A stretch of DNA of 63,899 nt, the filler included, from Octopus bimaculoides (Eukaryota), in assembly GCF_001194135.2 (NCBI RefSeq). It is 4 parts of 3 records of this genome, joined end to end, with 100 filler letters (N's around TTAATTAATTAA, not from the genome) between each part and the next. Parts side by side here need not be neighbours in the genome. Positions count along the whole stretch, not along the records: positions 11,340 to 43,334 come from NC_069000.1; 3 more parts are not named here. One strand, 5' to 3'. A program made the translations under genes and the position numbers. The notes below the pieces were generated by a model. That model searched no databases. It was given only the letters and a program-made list of their open reading frames with translations, and had not been told where the DNA came from. This document shows, in pieces, positions 26,881-39,774 of this stretch. Every line of letters begins with the position of its first letter. The first letter of the stretch is position 1.

Positions 26881-29800
26881 CTAATAATCACTCTTATGGA
26901 AACCTATAACCAGTAACATTACTCTTTGCAAATACAAGATCTAAATAAACCGTTGTCCCACAAAGGTAAGATTACTTGGCTACTAGGACAATCATTTGAG
27001 ACGGTCAGTTTGAAGTGTCTGTCACTTCTGTGCCATAGATCTGTTCAAGCAAAGCCAACAAGCTCAAGATATATTTCATAAATATTAGACCAAGACTTTA
27101 CTAGTAGCCACTGCATCTACATGGCATAACTACATGATGGTGCAGCAATGAGTCCAGTAACAAATCTTAAATGCAAGGACAAAGTATTGCTGCAGCCACC
27201 ATACTACTGATATATTTGGGGGCAGATGTGCTAACTACAACTGATAGCAAACAATATCTTTACATGCCACCCACTAAAGCAGCAGCTTGTTCTGCTGGAT
27301 ATAGAGGCCAACACTCCCTACAATCATATGCTAGTGTCTCTAAAAACAAGATATTGTATGATGTAGTCCTAGACATATTTCTAAAAAAGACAGGGTCAGA
27401 GATAAAATACTTTTGATCCTAGATCTGATAATGGAAGACTCCAGACTAAAACAACCCAGCCATAAAATTTGAGAGCAAGCATTCAAATATTTTGTACACA
27501 ACGACAAATCTTTGCAAATCTCTACAGAGTAAGGGACAAGCCATTAATGTATCAATGAACGTTTTATCAACTTTTAAAAAATGACCAGGTAATTGTCTGG
27601 CCTTTGGTCAACCCTTAAACATGTATGATCCGATACATTTCGGCTTCAATTTTTTTTTTTAATCTTTCCTATGACAGGTAACGATGCGAAAGGATTAGCA
27701 GCTATTTCTAGTAAGATGGATGACCTTGTCAAGGATCCTTTAGATAAAAGTGATATTTACTAGTGATTTGAACTCAAAACAGAAGACTTCATAGCTAAAG
27801 CAGTTTTATATGCTTTCTACTATATTGAATTCTAATCTGAACAAAGTCCAGTATAGATTGGTTGCAGCCCCAGAAGGATAAAAAAAATCAAATTTGATTC
27901 CAGTAGGTTTTGAACTCAGAACATAAAAGATTGCAATGCAACTGCAAGGCACCTAGTCTAGTGCTGTGGTGTGATTCTGCCAACAAAATGAATGCAAGCA
28001 CAATGCCATTTGTAGTAAAAATGAGGTTATCTGCCCCAGAAGGATAAGAAAAATTTAATTCTAGCAGGATTTGAACTCAGAACATAAAAGATTGCAATTA
28101 AATACTGCAAGGTCAAGTACCCCAATTCTATCAATAATAAACAGAATTTCTAATGCAAGCACAATGACATTTGTAGCAAAAATATTGTCAAGTATGCTGA
28201 CTTGAAAACTTAACTGGTATTTTATTTTATAGACCCCAGAAGAAGAACAGGTAAAATTGACATTGGCATGGATTTGAACTTGAACAAATTCAAAGATTTT
28301 TTTTCTTACCGAAGAGAGTCAGGAAAAAGCATATAAGAAGGGCTGAATCAAAAACACCACATTGGAAAAACAGAATACCATTAGTTGCTAATTTCTGATT
28401 ATAGACTAATTTAAATGGTGGGCCATTGCTCTGATGCTGACATTCTAGTGTACGAGAAACTTTTGTTCATAAATTAACCATCCTGAATGAAAGGGTTATC
28501 AAGGATGTTTAAATAAATCTCGTTCCATTCAATATCTAACCTGGTTATTTACATAGCATTGGCAAAGGGTAGAGTAGTTAATCAAGTCAGCTTAGGTCCA
28601 TTTGACTGGTACTGTACTTAAACACAAGAAAATCAAAAGGCAAAATTGACAGAATGTGACAAGATGCAACTGAAATACTGCCTAGGCACTCCCACCAGAT
28701 TACAGGACCGATTCTGACACTGTCACACTAAGAAGGGCAGAGCAAATGACATAAGCACAGGGCCTCAAATTTTGGAAGAGGGTATTGTCAAACGAACCCT
28801 AATACTGGGCTAGCGCTTTATTCAACCCCATAAGTAAATGCAAGAATTAACACCGACATGTAGGCAACTATTTCATGGCAGTGCACATTCTACCACAGGG
28901 GAAGATAGCAGAAAAACAAAAGGGGACAAGGTCATAGAAACATCCACTTTCCACAACATTTTAATGCTGGTATGGGTTGGATAGTTTGACAGGAGCTGGC
29001 AAACCCAAGGACTGTAACAAGTTCTGGTTTGTTATGATTTCCCCAACTGGATGCCTTTCCCAATACCAACCACTTTACAGAGTGTATAAGGTGCTTTTTA
29101 CAACAGCTAAAACAACTTATCTAGACAGACAACACAAATGCAACATCATAATAGTCAAAAATACATGTTAGAGGCTAGTGTTGAACCTGGCAAGCTGGAA
29201 GCATGGTACAACCGAAAGAAATCTTTGTGACTAATTAAGCCAATTAACTGTCAGTCATAGACTACATAACAGGCTGTAAAGTATTCAATTGATAAATTAC
29301 TAATGATATTAAGCTAACTTTGGAACACAGTTCAAAAACCATCCACCTCACAGCAGACACTTTGCATTAAGCAGCTGACATCCACTATTGCATCAAACCA
29401 ACTCACATCGTCCCGCATGGTGCTGACTGCTGCCACTGCAAACAACCATCTGCTCACATCGTTAACCGTTGCACATAGACTTCCCGACACCAACTCTCAC
29501 ACATCATCTACCAGCACAGTTTGTTGCCACGTGGTCACCCACTAGCCTTCATAGTCTGCCCATACAGTAAAAGTGCACCAAACTATCCAGCCTGTGTGTT
29601 AAACAGTCAGGTGACCAAAATGAATTATTTTTCGTCTTCATTGCAAAACCAGAGAGTGGTATTCTAATTTGCTAACAAATGATCAGAAATATTCAGATAG
29701 TTTGTTTGTAACACTACCCCCACCTCCCTGTATGCTTGACCCAACAAATGCATACAACTTTTGATAAAAATTTTCAAAGCTTCTTTACTTGTAATAAATC

Positions 29801-30065
29801 ACAGCTTCTTGTAGCAATCATTTTTCTCCCCCATTGATTCTTAATATGATTAGTCATTTCAAATTTCAATTTACAGAGAAACCATTTCCAAATTATGCAC
29901 AACGATAGGCAAACAATAGAATTTTCGAAGAAAATTACACTGTCCTCTCATTAAGTAGATAGATACAATGTTAGAAAATGAATCGTTCACAGCAAACTAC
30001 ACAGGATGGTAGATAGTGATGTTATCTGAGTCAAAAAGAAATTGAAAACAGTAAATTGAAATAAG

Positions 30066-30105
<40 letters not shown>

Positions 30106-31412
30106 TTTAGGTATTCATTTTACAGCCGTAGGCTGTACTGAAGATCAAATTTTCACCCCTTTTTCTGAGCCAGTCTCCCGAACATGCCATTGATGAGTGT
30201 GTCAATGCCCTCTCACAAGACAGCAACTTCTATCCCATATTTCAATTCACCACCACTACTACAGATGACTTGGCTATTTATCTGTTGTCAGCTTCCATCT
30301 CTGTCTACCATAGACTTATGGCTGACAACTTTCCCCTCCCACCAAAACCAACAATTTTCCCAATTCATGCAGCACTACAACCCAACAGAAAATACATCCT
30401 TTTCTTTCCTCACACAGGTATATACACTGAACGACTCATGGATGCTGCCTTTCACGAAGCCCATATTAATGGGCCACACTGCAAAGTTCTCCCGACCATC
30501 TCAGTTTAACTCAACTGTTCCAGCAGTTTGTTACTTGACACTGTAAATGCTATCTGAAGGAGACCAGCAATAGTTAATTCTAACAATCAAAATTACAGCC
30601 AAGAGATGAGAAGGAAATCATTTGTCTACAGATTATTGCAGGTTAATGTATTGGAGCAAGTCTTAAGGACAGTGTTAGTATTTACCATTATTAAAAATAT
30701 TGATGATATCTGACCACTGACAGAAAGGAGATTATGCATGCAAGACTTTAAACCAGATTAACCAATTAGAAATATTTAGACTCACCCCAAATATTGCATT
30801 CTTTGTCATCAAAATAGCTCACAAGCCGAAAAGACATCTATGCTGTTGCATGACCTCTTGTTAGAGTCAAATCCAAAAACCACACCATAAAGCAAATTCC
30901 ATGGGGTCAAACAACTGTTTTCCAGCAAGAGAAATTAACTGTAACAGTGGAAGTTTATTTAAAGTTCATAGCTATTCCTTGCAAGATTTAAGCCTCAAGT
31001 GCAGAAAGCTGGAATAAGGACTGCATGGTATTTTCTATGATGCTCTAATGATTGAATCAGCCACATCAGTGCCTTGGTCAACGCATTCCAACATAGGGTT
31101 GGTCAAAGGTTGGCTGAAGCAGGGATGTCAACAGCAGTTACTTTCAGTCAAAGACACAGAAGGCAGAGTAATTTGGTTAAGATAAAAGTGAAAAAACTGC
31201 TTGACCCAGGAGGCAAGTGTGACAAGAACTATTGGGATATTGAAACTAAGAAAGGAATCCAGCCATAAAATATCTACACCAAATAAAGAGCCAAACAAAT
31301 GATGGAGCCCATTTCAAACTTATAGCAGCAGTTACATCCCCCTCAAATCATTGCATGCACACAGGGTGAGTAAGATATTCAAGGACAAATTTATGTTTCT
31401 AAACAAAAAAAA

Positions 31413-31457
<45 letters not shown>

Positions 31458-31774
31458 TGAGGATAAAAACCTTTTCTATAAGATTATTCAAGAAAGCCAC
31501 CTTCAGCTTTAACCACTGCTTCTATGAGAGATCTAAATCATCTACATGCTCGAATTAAGTGGTCTTTCAATTACTTTAAATAGAACAAAGAATTTAGTAA
31601 AATAACTTTATCATTAAGCTGGCGTTAGGAACATAAATTGTGACTAAGGTTTGGTGGTAGATTTTAATTCAAAACTTATGAAAACAAGAAATCTGTACTC
31701 AGAACCAGAGCCGGTTTGGCAACGAAAGGGTTAAATGTGTGGGGCCCAAGTTTTGAAGTAGAAGCAAGCTTGCT

Positions 31775-32600
31775 TTTGCGATGACCACAGGTCAAATAGC
31801 ATAGATGTGATAGTTGCTACAGAGACCAAGCTGAACAAATTACAAACCTTCTTGGCTCTCCTGAATAGCTATGAGACAATCAGGTTTCCTAGCCAAACTG
31901 GAGGCAGAGGAAAGGTAGTAGTCTGGCTTTGAAAAAGCTTGGCTCTGCAGACAAGTATAATCTTTGTAGACCCAAAAGGTGGGCTGGTTGCTCTGGACTT
32001 GAAGTACAGACATAAGGGCTTCAGGTTGGTTGGTGTTTATGCATCAAGTCCTAAAAACAAAGGCTGATTTCTATCAACGCCTAGAAAATTTTCTGGTAAC
32101 ATCAAAGACATTAGGTGTTAGATTTTAATGCTACCCTGGATGTATGCCAGGATTGTGTTGGCTCAGTTAAGAAAAACCTATGCCTCACCGATCTGTTTAA
32201 GCGTCCCAGTGTGGACCTGGAATAATGGCAACAGGTTGTTCAGGTCTTATTTAGAATAGTTTGTACAAGAGAAGTCTAATTATCCAGTTTGTTCTGGTCT
32301 CCTACACTGATCACAAGTTAGTGATGTGTAGGATGAACATAGATAAGGTACACAGTCTTGTTTAGTTTCCAGTCGTCAGATCGTTGTCTATTATGTCTTG
32401 TGAAGCATACCGTAGTCGGATTAAGGAGTTAGTCATGAGAGCATTAACCGGCACTGTTAACTAACAGGTGGTTGTTTGCCCTCAAATGAGCTGTTAGACT
32501 TGAGTCAAATTAGATTTATTCAAAAGCTAAGTTCAGATAGGACTAGAGTAGAAAGGGACCTAGTCAAGAACTTAGGAAATGAATTAAGGTTGTGTTCCGC
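31775..32600 (+). mobile_element. L1/Tx1-type LINE ORF2 fragment (AP endonuclease)
   Basis: IDVIVATETKL...IFVDPKGGLVALD...FRLVGVYA...DFYQRLENFL...DFNA...VSYTDHKLV. These are APE motifs (ETK, YA, DFN, TDH), with stops and frameshifts. Confidence 0.88.
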
Positions 32601-32715
32601 GACCCAAGATCAGCCTTGGACTAACACCTCAACACCAAACACGAGGGATATAGAGTTTGGGCTAAAGTACAGGCAAATTGCATGTAATTTTGTTTATGGC
32701 TGTTAGTTCAGAAAC

Positions 32716-33490
32716 TAACATTTTTGCCATATTTTGCTTTTTTATTTCTGTAAAGGGAAGAAAGCTGTTGAGGCTTACAAAAAGATGAGTGAAGTTTAGG
32801 GTGTTGATTGCTTAACAGAATGCACATGTCAGAAATGGTTTTAAAAATTCTGTTCTGGAGATTTTTCACTCAAAGATGACCAAATCAAAGCCATAATTGA
32901 ATCCGATTGCCATAACTGTGCAAGAGATTGCAGAGAGGTAAAATGTATCAGACAAGTGAAAAATCAGTGTCTTGGATTCATTAAAAACCCTCGATACTTG
33001 GTTTCCACAAATTGAAATATTTGTAATATGCATCTCAAATGCAATGAAATCGACCTATTTTTGAAATGAATTATCACTGGTAATGATAAATGGATTGTCT
33101 ACAATAACAATCAAAAACAATTACAGTCCAAGCATAATGAACCAACACAAACCAAATCGAAAGCCGAATTGCATCAAAGGGAAAAAAAAAAAAGTCATGC
33201 TGTCAATTTGGTGGGGATACAAAAGGTGTGTATATTGAGCGGTTTCCAAGGAACCAAAACGATCAATTCAGATGTTTACTGTCAACAACTAATGAAACTG
33301 GAAGTAATCAAAGAAAAACAGAATTGGCAAATTGCAAAGGAATAGTGTACCATTAGGACAATGTTAGACCACACACGCCTTTGCTAACTCGTGAAAAATT
33401 ATTGGAGCTCGGTTGGGAAGTGATGTCATATCCACCACACAGCCCCTGACCTTGCACCACCAGATTACCATTTATTTTGAAGTTTGCAAT
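32716..33490 (+). mobile_element. Decayed mariner transposase (mellifera-like)
   Basis: HFCHILLFYFCKGKKAVEAYKK..CQKWF..SGDFSLKD, IITGNDKWIVYNN, KVMLSIWW, TINSDVYCQQLMKL, H*DNVRPH, ELGWEVMSYPPHSPDLAPPDYHLF. This is a D,D34D-type layout with several stops and frameshifts. Confidence 0.93.
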
Positions 33491-33699
33491 CTTTCAGAAG
33501 TCACCTGCAAAAATTATAGAGGATATAGAAGAGGAACTACGCAGTAAAATCAACATGAAAAATGTTAAATTTATAGAATTAGAAGACTTCATGAAAATAG
33601 TAGGATGGCGCCGGTGTATAATGGTGCCAGAGAAACAAAAAGAAATAAATTTAAGAAAGGACAACACTGTCGGAAGATAAACATGGGTATTAAAAAAAA

Positions 33700-33900
33700 A
33701 TACCGGAGAATGAGACAAACAAGGAGCTACAGATGTACTGAAAGACCCAAGGTATAAAAGATAAAAGCTTGATTGGGAAGTTTTACCATGCTCAGCATAG
33801 TCCGACATGGAACAATTGAAAAAGCGAAGCATCTGAAAATGCTTAACCTTTTATCAATTATTCCAGTCTAAGAAGCATTTCATTCAACAATGATGTTCAG
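33700..33900 (+). mobile_element. Second, more divergent mariner fragment
   Basis: KLDWEVLPCSA*SD resembles L.WEVLPHP.YSPD. Confidence 0.45.
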
Positions 33901-35097
33901 CTGAAAACATTGCTCAATAAATTCAAGTGAACAAGTTATTGAAGCAATGAAAGGATATACTGACTGACTGACTGACTTGCTAAAAAAAAATTAAAATAAA
34001 TGGGGAAAAAGTTAAACAATGGGGAAAAAGTTAAACAAATGAAGGATTTGCTATTCAAATTTCACTAATGTAAGGTACAACATCAGCTAAACCTTACCGA
34101 AATCACACCCTGCTGTTTAAAATAAAAAAGAAAACCCCCTCGAAAAGACCAGAGGGTCACAAATCTGAAGCGAGCGGTTGCTCTAGGGCTGCATAACATA
34201 CCTGGATCTTCAAAATTCAAGCTACGACGACAAAATATAAAAGCTGAAAGTTTTTGTAGACAAACGTACTGTCAGTATTAGAAAATAAATTTATATATAT
34301 CTTGCTTCACTGAGTTGACTACAGCCATGCTAGGGCACTGTCCTGAAGGGTTTTAGTGGAACAAATCAACCCTAGGATTTTTTTTTTTTAAGTCAAGTAC
34401 TTATTTCATTGGCAACTTTTGCTCAACCACCAAGCTATGGGGGATATAAAGACACCAACACCAGTTGTCAAACATATACGAGATGGGCGGCTTTTCAGTT
34501 TCCGTCTATCAAATCTACTTGAGGCCTTGGTTGGCCCAAGGATATAGGAGACACTTCTCCAAGGTACTACGCAATGGGACTGAATCGATAACCATGTGGT
34601 TGGGAAGCGAGCTTCTTACACAGCAACACCTGTATGCATATTTATATACTACTGAACTACAAAAACATTACACTGTAAAAGATGGTTACACACAAAATAT
34701 CGAGATTATATAGATTTTATCACATTTCTAGGTGCCTGGCAGTAATTATTGAATTCATCTCTTTGGATCCAGGACACTCATCACATGACACCATGTGACA
34801 CCAAACATGCTTCAGGAAATGTTTTATTAGGAAAAGACAATCTCTTAATTAGCACTTTTCGATCAATGCTATGGTAGTCTTAATAAACTGGTTTTTACTT
34901 AGTATGTGTGAGACATTTTTGTCGTTCAATATATATTAATTGTAAGACAAGATGTAACTCGTATGACCATCTGAATGAAGATGGGTTAAACAGTCCAAGT
35001 GAAAGCAGTCTGCAGCAAAATGCATGGAAAGAAGTAGCAAAGACTGATGTTAGGATACTGAATCACATAAGAGAAGTAACTGCATCAAATGGAAAGA

Positions 35098-35129
<32 letters not shown>

Positions 35130-35957
35130 ACAGGGGAGGGAGGCTGACCTAGCCAACCCATCTCAGTATGGAAAAACAGACATAAAATGATGACACTACC
35201 AACATCAAAGATACAAACTGGTGATTTGCTACATATTGTGACAATGTATTCAGTCCATTTGAAGAATGGACACATTCTATGTCTGTATCACAATGCTTCA
35301 AGCAAACTATAATACTGTTCAAATACACATGCTCCTGTGTTTTAATAGGACAACATAAAGACTTGGCATCACGAAGGGAATTCTGCCTTACAAGAGAAAT
35401 AAAGTCAAATATTCTTCACTCTAGGCACAAGGCCTGAAGTTTTGGGGGAGGGGGCCAGTTGATTAGATAGATCCCAGTATGCAACTGGTACTTAATTTAT
35501 CGACCGCGAAAGGATGAAAGGCAAAGTCAACCTTGGCAGAATATGAACTCAGAATGTAGCGATGGGCAAAATACTGCTAAGCATTTTGCCGAGTGTGCTA
35601 GGGTTTCTGACAGCTTGACTCCTTGAAATAAAGCCAAATATATTACATATACGGGTGAGGTACAGCTTAAAGTGCATTACACTAGGCCTTCTTTGAAAGC
35701 TTGGGGTGTATGGTCAAAGTAAAAGGAGGGACTCCTTATGATCAAGTGCCTGCTGCCCTTGTGGAAATGGGTAAATAAAAGGGTTTCCAAAGAATGTAGA
35801 CACAAAAAAGTGGTTCAGCACTAGTCAGAATTAGAGTGGCTACATGTGTTGTACACGGCTAAAAAGGTAACGAAGGGAGTTGGTGAGGGGGAAGTTAAGA
35901 CAGTCATGGAACCAGCAAGGCTAAACAAGGGAACACTTGCATATATCACTGATATGC

Positions 35958-36013
<56 letters not shown>

Positions 36014-36412
36014 CCAAGGCGACATTTTGAACCTTGAGTATGAATCGCTAATTATTGGCACAAGGGAAATGTTCAAGGGAAGGAAACCAGGATTTAAAAA
36101 TGTAGCAAATTTAAAATTATTCAATATTAGTAATTTAACTGAGTCTGTACAGAGTGCTTTGTTCAGTGCTCTTAATTCTGCCTCCAGCTAATTAGTGTAT
36201 ATAAAAAAAAAAAAAAAAAAAAAAAANNNNNNNNNNNNNNNNNNNNNNNNNNNNNNNNNNNNNNNNNNNNNNNNNNNNNNNNNNNNNNNNNNNNNNNNNN
36301 NNNNNNNNNNNNNNNNNNNNNNNNNNNNNNNNNNNNNNNNNNNNNNNNNNNNNNNNNNAAAAAAAAAAAAAAAAAAAAAAGCACAAAACAGCCAAATCCA
36401 CTTTCTCTAATA

Positions 36413-36566
36413 TTAGAGACTTCTTCCTCTATGGTTTTTATTCTGAGCTGAAGGCGTTTTCCGTTTCCTGCATTTAAACTGCCTTTGTTTTTTATAAGCT
36501 GGCTTTCCTTCACATTTTCCATCTTCCAAGTCATCTTGGATATTGCACTTCCCAGGAGCTTGATAC
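36413..36566 (-). CDS. RPP25: RPP25-like coding exon 6 (terminal)
   Basis: gtttttctag|G+YQAPGKCNIQDDLEDGKCEGKPAYKKQRQFKCRKRKTPSAQNKNHRGRSL-TAA. Completes the conserved (E)PGYQ.P motif. Spliced protein is 181 aa. Confidence 0.92.
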
Positions 36567-37128
36567 CTAGAAAAACAGAAAACACCAAACTCAATCTAAA
36601 CAGACCAACTTTTAAGTCAGAGCATAACACCTTTAAAAGATACATTTTTGCTAGTTCATAACTGATGTTGCCTTTATTTGTACTACACATTAAAAGTAAT
36701 GCAGACTGGCCAACATAATAGGGTAGGAGGCTATATTCATTTAGCATCTGTTTTTCATGCATGGATTGAACAGTTTGACAGGATCTTGCAATCTGCAAAC
36801 TCTGCAGTCAGATTTGGAATAGTTTCTATAGTTGGATGCCTCTCCTAATGCCAACCACTACAGTTAAGTTTTTTTTACTTGTCGAAATCACTAGCGGTGA
36901 ACTCGTACACCGAAAACTAAAACATTCAACCATTTTACAGTACTCCAACTCTAGCACCCAGTGTTAGGTAAACCTTACCAGACTATAGCAATAGCAACAG
37001 AAGGTGGTAGGCTAAGTTGGATATAGTTAAATATTAGCACAAGAATGAAAGCCTTAAATTCATTTAAAATAAGGAAATGTTGTCCGCTTAGACAAATGCA
37101 AAAATTGGACTTTACAATAGAATTAATA

Positions 37129-37334
37129 CACTAAGGGGTGCTGAAAAGTTCCTGGCTTTGGGTAAAAGAAAATACAAGAGGATCAGTTAATGATTTTATT
37201 CAACATATTCCCTTTCAAGATTCATACACTTATTGCAACAGTCCCTCAGCTCTGCAAGAACTTGGCAGGTTAGACCTCTAACCAGGCCTTGTGAGATACC
37301 CATAAAGCCAGGCAATTTTCAGCACCACCTTGTG
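37129..37334. mobile_element. Mariner-derived MITE in the last RPP25 intron
   Basis: Left end AAGGGGTGCTGAAAAGTTCCTGGCTTT (37133-37159) and right end AAAGCCAGGCAATTTTCAGCACCACCTT (37304-37331) are imperfect inverted repeats. Confidence 0.85.
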
Positions 37335-37355
37335 AAGAACTTTAAAAATACAAAC

Positions 37356-37430
37356 CCTGGTTCGATAACATCAAGCTGGTCTTTCGATAACAAAATAGAG
37401 ATACACGGAATGTCACGGTTTACAATTAAT
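37356..37430 (-). CDS. RPP25: RPP25-like coding exon 5 (75 nt)
   Basis: tattttacag|A+LIVNRDIPCISILLSKDQLDVIEP+GG|gtttgt. Matches the family L.V.R..P.I.ILLS.D.LD motif. Phase 2/2. Confidence 0.95.
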
Positions 37431-37926
37431 CTGTAAAATAAATTAGTACAAGTTGAAAAGAAATCAACCTCCTACGTATATAACACGGGGCATTCATAAA
37501 TTATCTTTACGACTACATTGAAGTGTTCTGATATTTCTAATAAAACTGGGTTTGTTTTGTATCCAAGTTGCAAAAAGTGAACTTTAATTCTAAAACAAGA
37601 CTCAAATGCATTAATATTTAAAAAAGCTTGCCTCCACCATAAAGTCAAGCTGCAATGGGGAAAAAAAAATTAGGGTAGAACATCTCAGTAAGGCTAGACC
37701 TTGTAGTGTAATGAATTCACAGGTAAAGCTGCACAGCCATGCCTGCATTTATCGTAAAAAAATGTTTAAAACACTATCTTAATTGCATTAAATCTAACAC
37801 AAATATTACAAATTAAATTGTCAGATGCTTTAATCCAAGAGTATAACAATGAGGTAAAGATTGAACTAGCAAGACAATTAGTTGGACAAACCTCACAGTT
37901 ATTGAATATAAATACAACCAACTTAC

Positions 37927-37968
37927 TTTTCAAGTCCTTTTATCTTGGGCAGCCAAGTTTCTTTGACT
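37927..37968 (-). CDS. RPP25: RPP25-like coding exon 4 (42 nt)
   Basis: cgtttttag|A+VKETWLPKIKGLE+AA|gtaagt, phase 2/2. Matches the family ..E.W.P...GL. segment. Confidence 0.93.
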
Positions 37969-38440
37969 CTAAAAACGAGAATTTGAAATACATTAAAACC
38001 TCACTCAAAGAATCAAACTTATTTGGCAGTGGGATACATAAAAAAATTACAGTTATAGTGCACGAAACAGCTCTAGTCAGTTTCCAAGATATTTGAGAAT
38101 TTCTCATCCAACTCAATACAAGACAAGGGGAAGAATAATATCTAATAGAACAAAGAGGCTACCGTTTACCTGTGAAAGTGCTACATGCAAATTATTTTGG
38201 AACCAAAAGATGTCCATCCCCTAATACCTACTTCCAGACTTATCTCAGTAAGGATCAACAGCAATTCCCTATAACATTGTTAATACACAAACATACATTA
38301 ATACTGTAGCACCATGATTTTCAAACCCAGACACTACTATTCCGACAGCATACAACCATCCAGATTTGTTCTGAAGTTACATACGAGGGGCTCCAACATA
38401 CTATATTCAGAAATATGAATTACATGAATAAACAATTTAC

Positions 38441-38475
38441 CTTTCATATGCCAGTTTGCTCAATTGATGAAGGCC
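38441..38475 (-). CDS. RPP25: RPP25-like coding exon 3 (35 nt)
   Basis: tttttttcag|GLHQLSKLAYE+AG|gtaaat. Matches GLHQLTKL of RPP25L. Phase 0/2; the preceding intron is 85 nt. Confidence 0.93.
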
Positions 38476-38560
38476 CTGAAAAAAATTTAAAAGATCCCTT
38501 AATAACAAATATTAAAAATTTAATAAATTGCCTTTTATAAAAATTAAAATCTTTCTCAAC

Positions 38561-38653
38561 CTCTATCTTGTGTTTCATAATCTCAGCACAAGTGATCGTC
38601 TTTGTGATTGCCGGACCACTCCCAGTCCAAACTATCCGTTTGGTATTGGAATT
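38561..38653 (-). CDS. RPP25: RPP25-like coding exon 2
   Basis: ttattgttgcag|NSNTKRIVWTGSGPAITKTITCAEIMKHKIE|gttgag, 93 nt, phase 0/0. Matches the Alba motif (V.F.GSG.A..K.V.CAEI.K). Confidence 0.95.
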
Positions 38654-39627
38654 CTGCAACAATAAAAACAGATAAATTAATAGGGCTGCAAGCAAAGTTC
38701 CATCAGGATGCTTGATAGAAAACTTAAGGAAGCGGGATATAAGTAGACAATTCCAAAAATTCTTTAAAAGTCAAATCATTAGCAATGTCCATACTGCTAT
38801 AGAAATGCACCATTCTAAGTTTCAATTAATCTTAATTTGGAGCAATTTAAGATACTTATTTTTCATAAGATGATACTAATAGCTTCTGGAATATCACTTA
38901 AAATTCTTACATATATGATGGAAGGTTTTATTCTAAATATAGTCATTTTAAAATAAGCAGCTGAATAGAACAACGAGGATTAGTCTTAAAACAAGTCTAG
39001 ACATCTTTTAGTCCTATTTTAAAAAGGATTTCAATAAAAAACCTAAAGAATAAAATTGAGTTCCAAGCCACTTTAATAAATGGCAAACTTTTACAAAGTT
39101 CATTATTTTCCAAATTGAAACAAAACCAATGCTCTTCAATAGATATTAGGTCAAAGATGGAAATTTGACAGGGGTAGTATACTGAAGGGAAATAACTAGT
39201 AGAACTTCTAATTATACCTTAAGAAATTTGACAAACAATGAAACACTCGAGTCGACCTGATAGCAACTATAGGGTCGCTCGATATGCTAGACATAGTAAT
39301 CAGGTTTTCTTTAAATCACATCCAACTTAATAGCATGTTGAAAACCAAACTCAATGATTGGAGCTGAAATATTTTTTGGCATCATTTCAGTTTGTGATCA
39401 CAAATTAAAAGTGAAAATATTGCTTATCACCTTGCTCTATTTCTTTGGGTTCCAACACTTTTAGCAATGGCAAGAACACTTTCACAAAAATGTTTATTCC
39501 CCCCCCACCTCACAAACTTTTTTATAGAGGCAGGGCAATTCCATGTTTGAAAATACAGATGACTGAATAAGTTTCAAAATTTCAGAAGTATGGTAAAATA
39601 CATAATAGCTAAAATAAAGCTACAAAC

Positions 39628-39774
39628 CTGCATTTTGTTCAAAGCAAGTCCAATCAAATTACGTATCTTACTGCCATAGTGGACAGTCATTACAATATCA
39701 TCTTTCTGTAATTCCAAATGGGGGCCTTTAGACTCCTCGACAGTGACAACATCTCCTTTAGTGTAGTTTTCCAT
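39628..39774 (-). CDS. RPP25: RPP25/RPP25L-like (Alba-family RNase P/MRP subunit), coding exon 1
   Basis: ATG at 39774. Translates MENYTKGDVVTVEESKGPHLELQKDDIVMTVHYGSKIRNLIGLALNKMQ; the M.V..GSKIRNL.G.AL block matches the RPP25/RPP25L N-terminus. Acceptor ttctcaacag| opens the exon at 39793 (19 nt of 5'UTR). Donor CAG|gtttgt, phase 0. Confidence 0.95.

Noticed and set aside
30132-30509. About 125-codon open frame with a possible donor at 30417
   Set aside because: No in-frame partner exon or recognisable motif; possibly a LINE ORF1 relic.
36433-36438. AATAAA on the RPP25 sense strand
   Set aside because: It lies inside the last coding exon (CAG AAT AAA), upstream of the stop.
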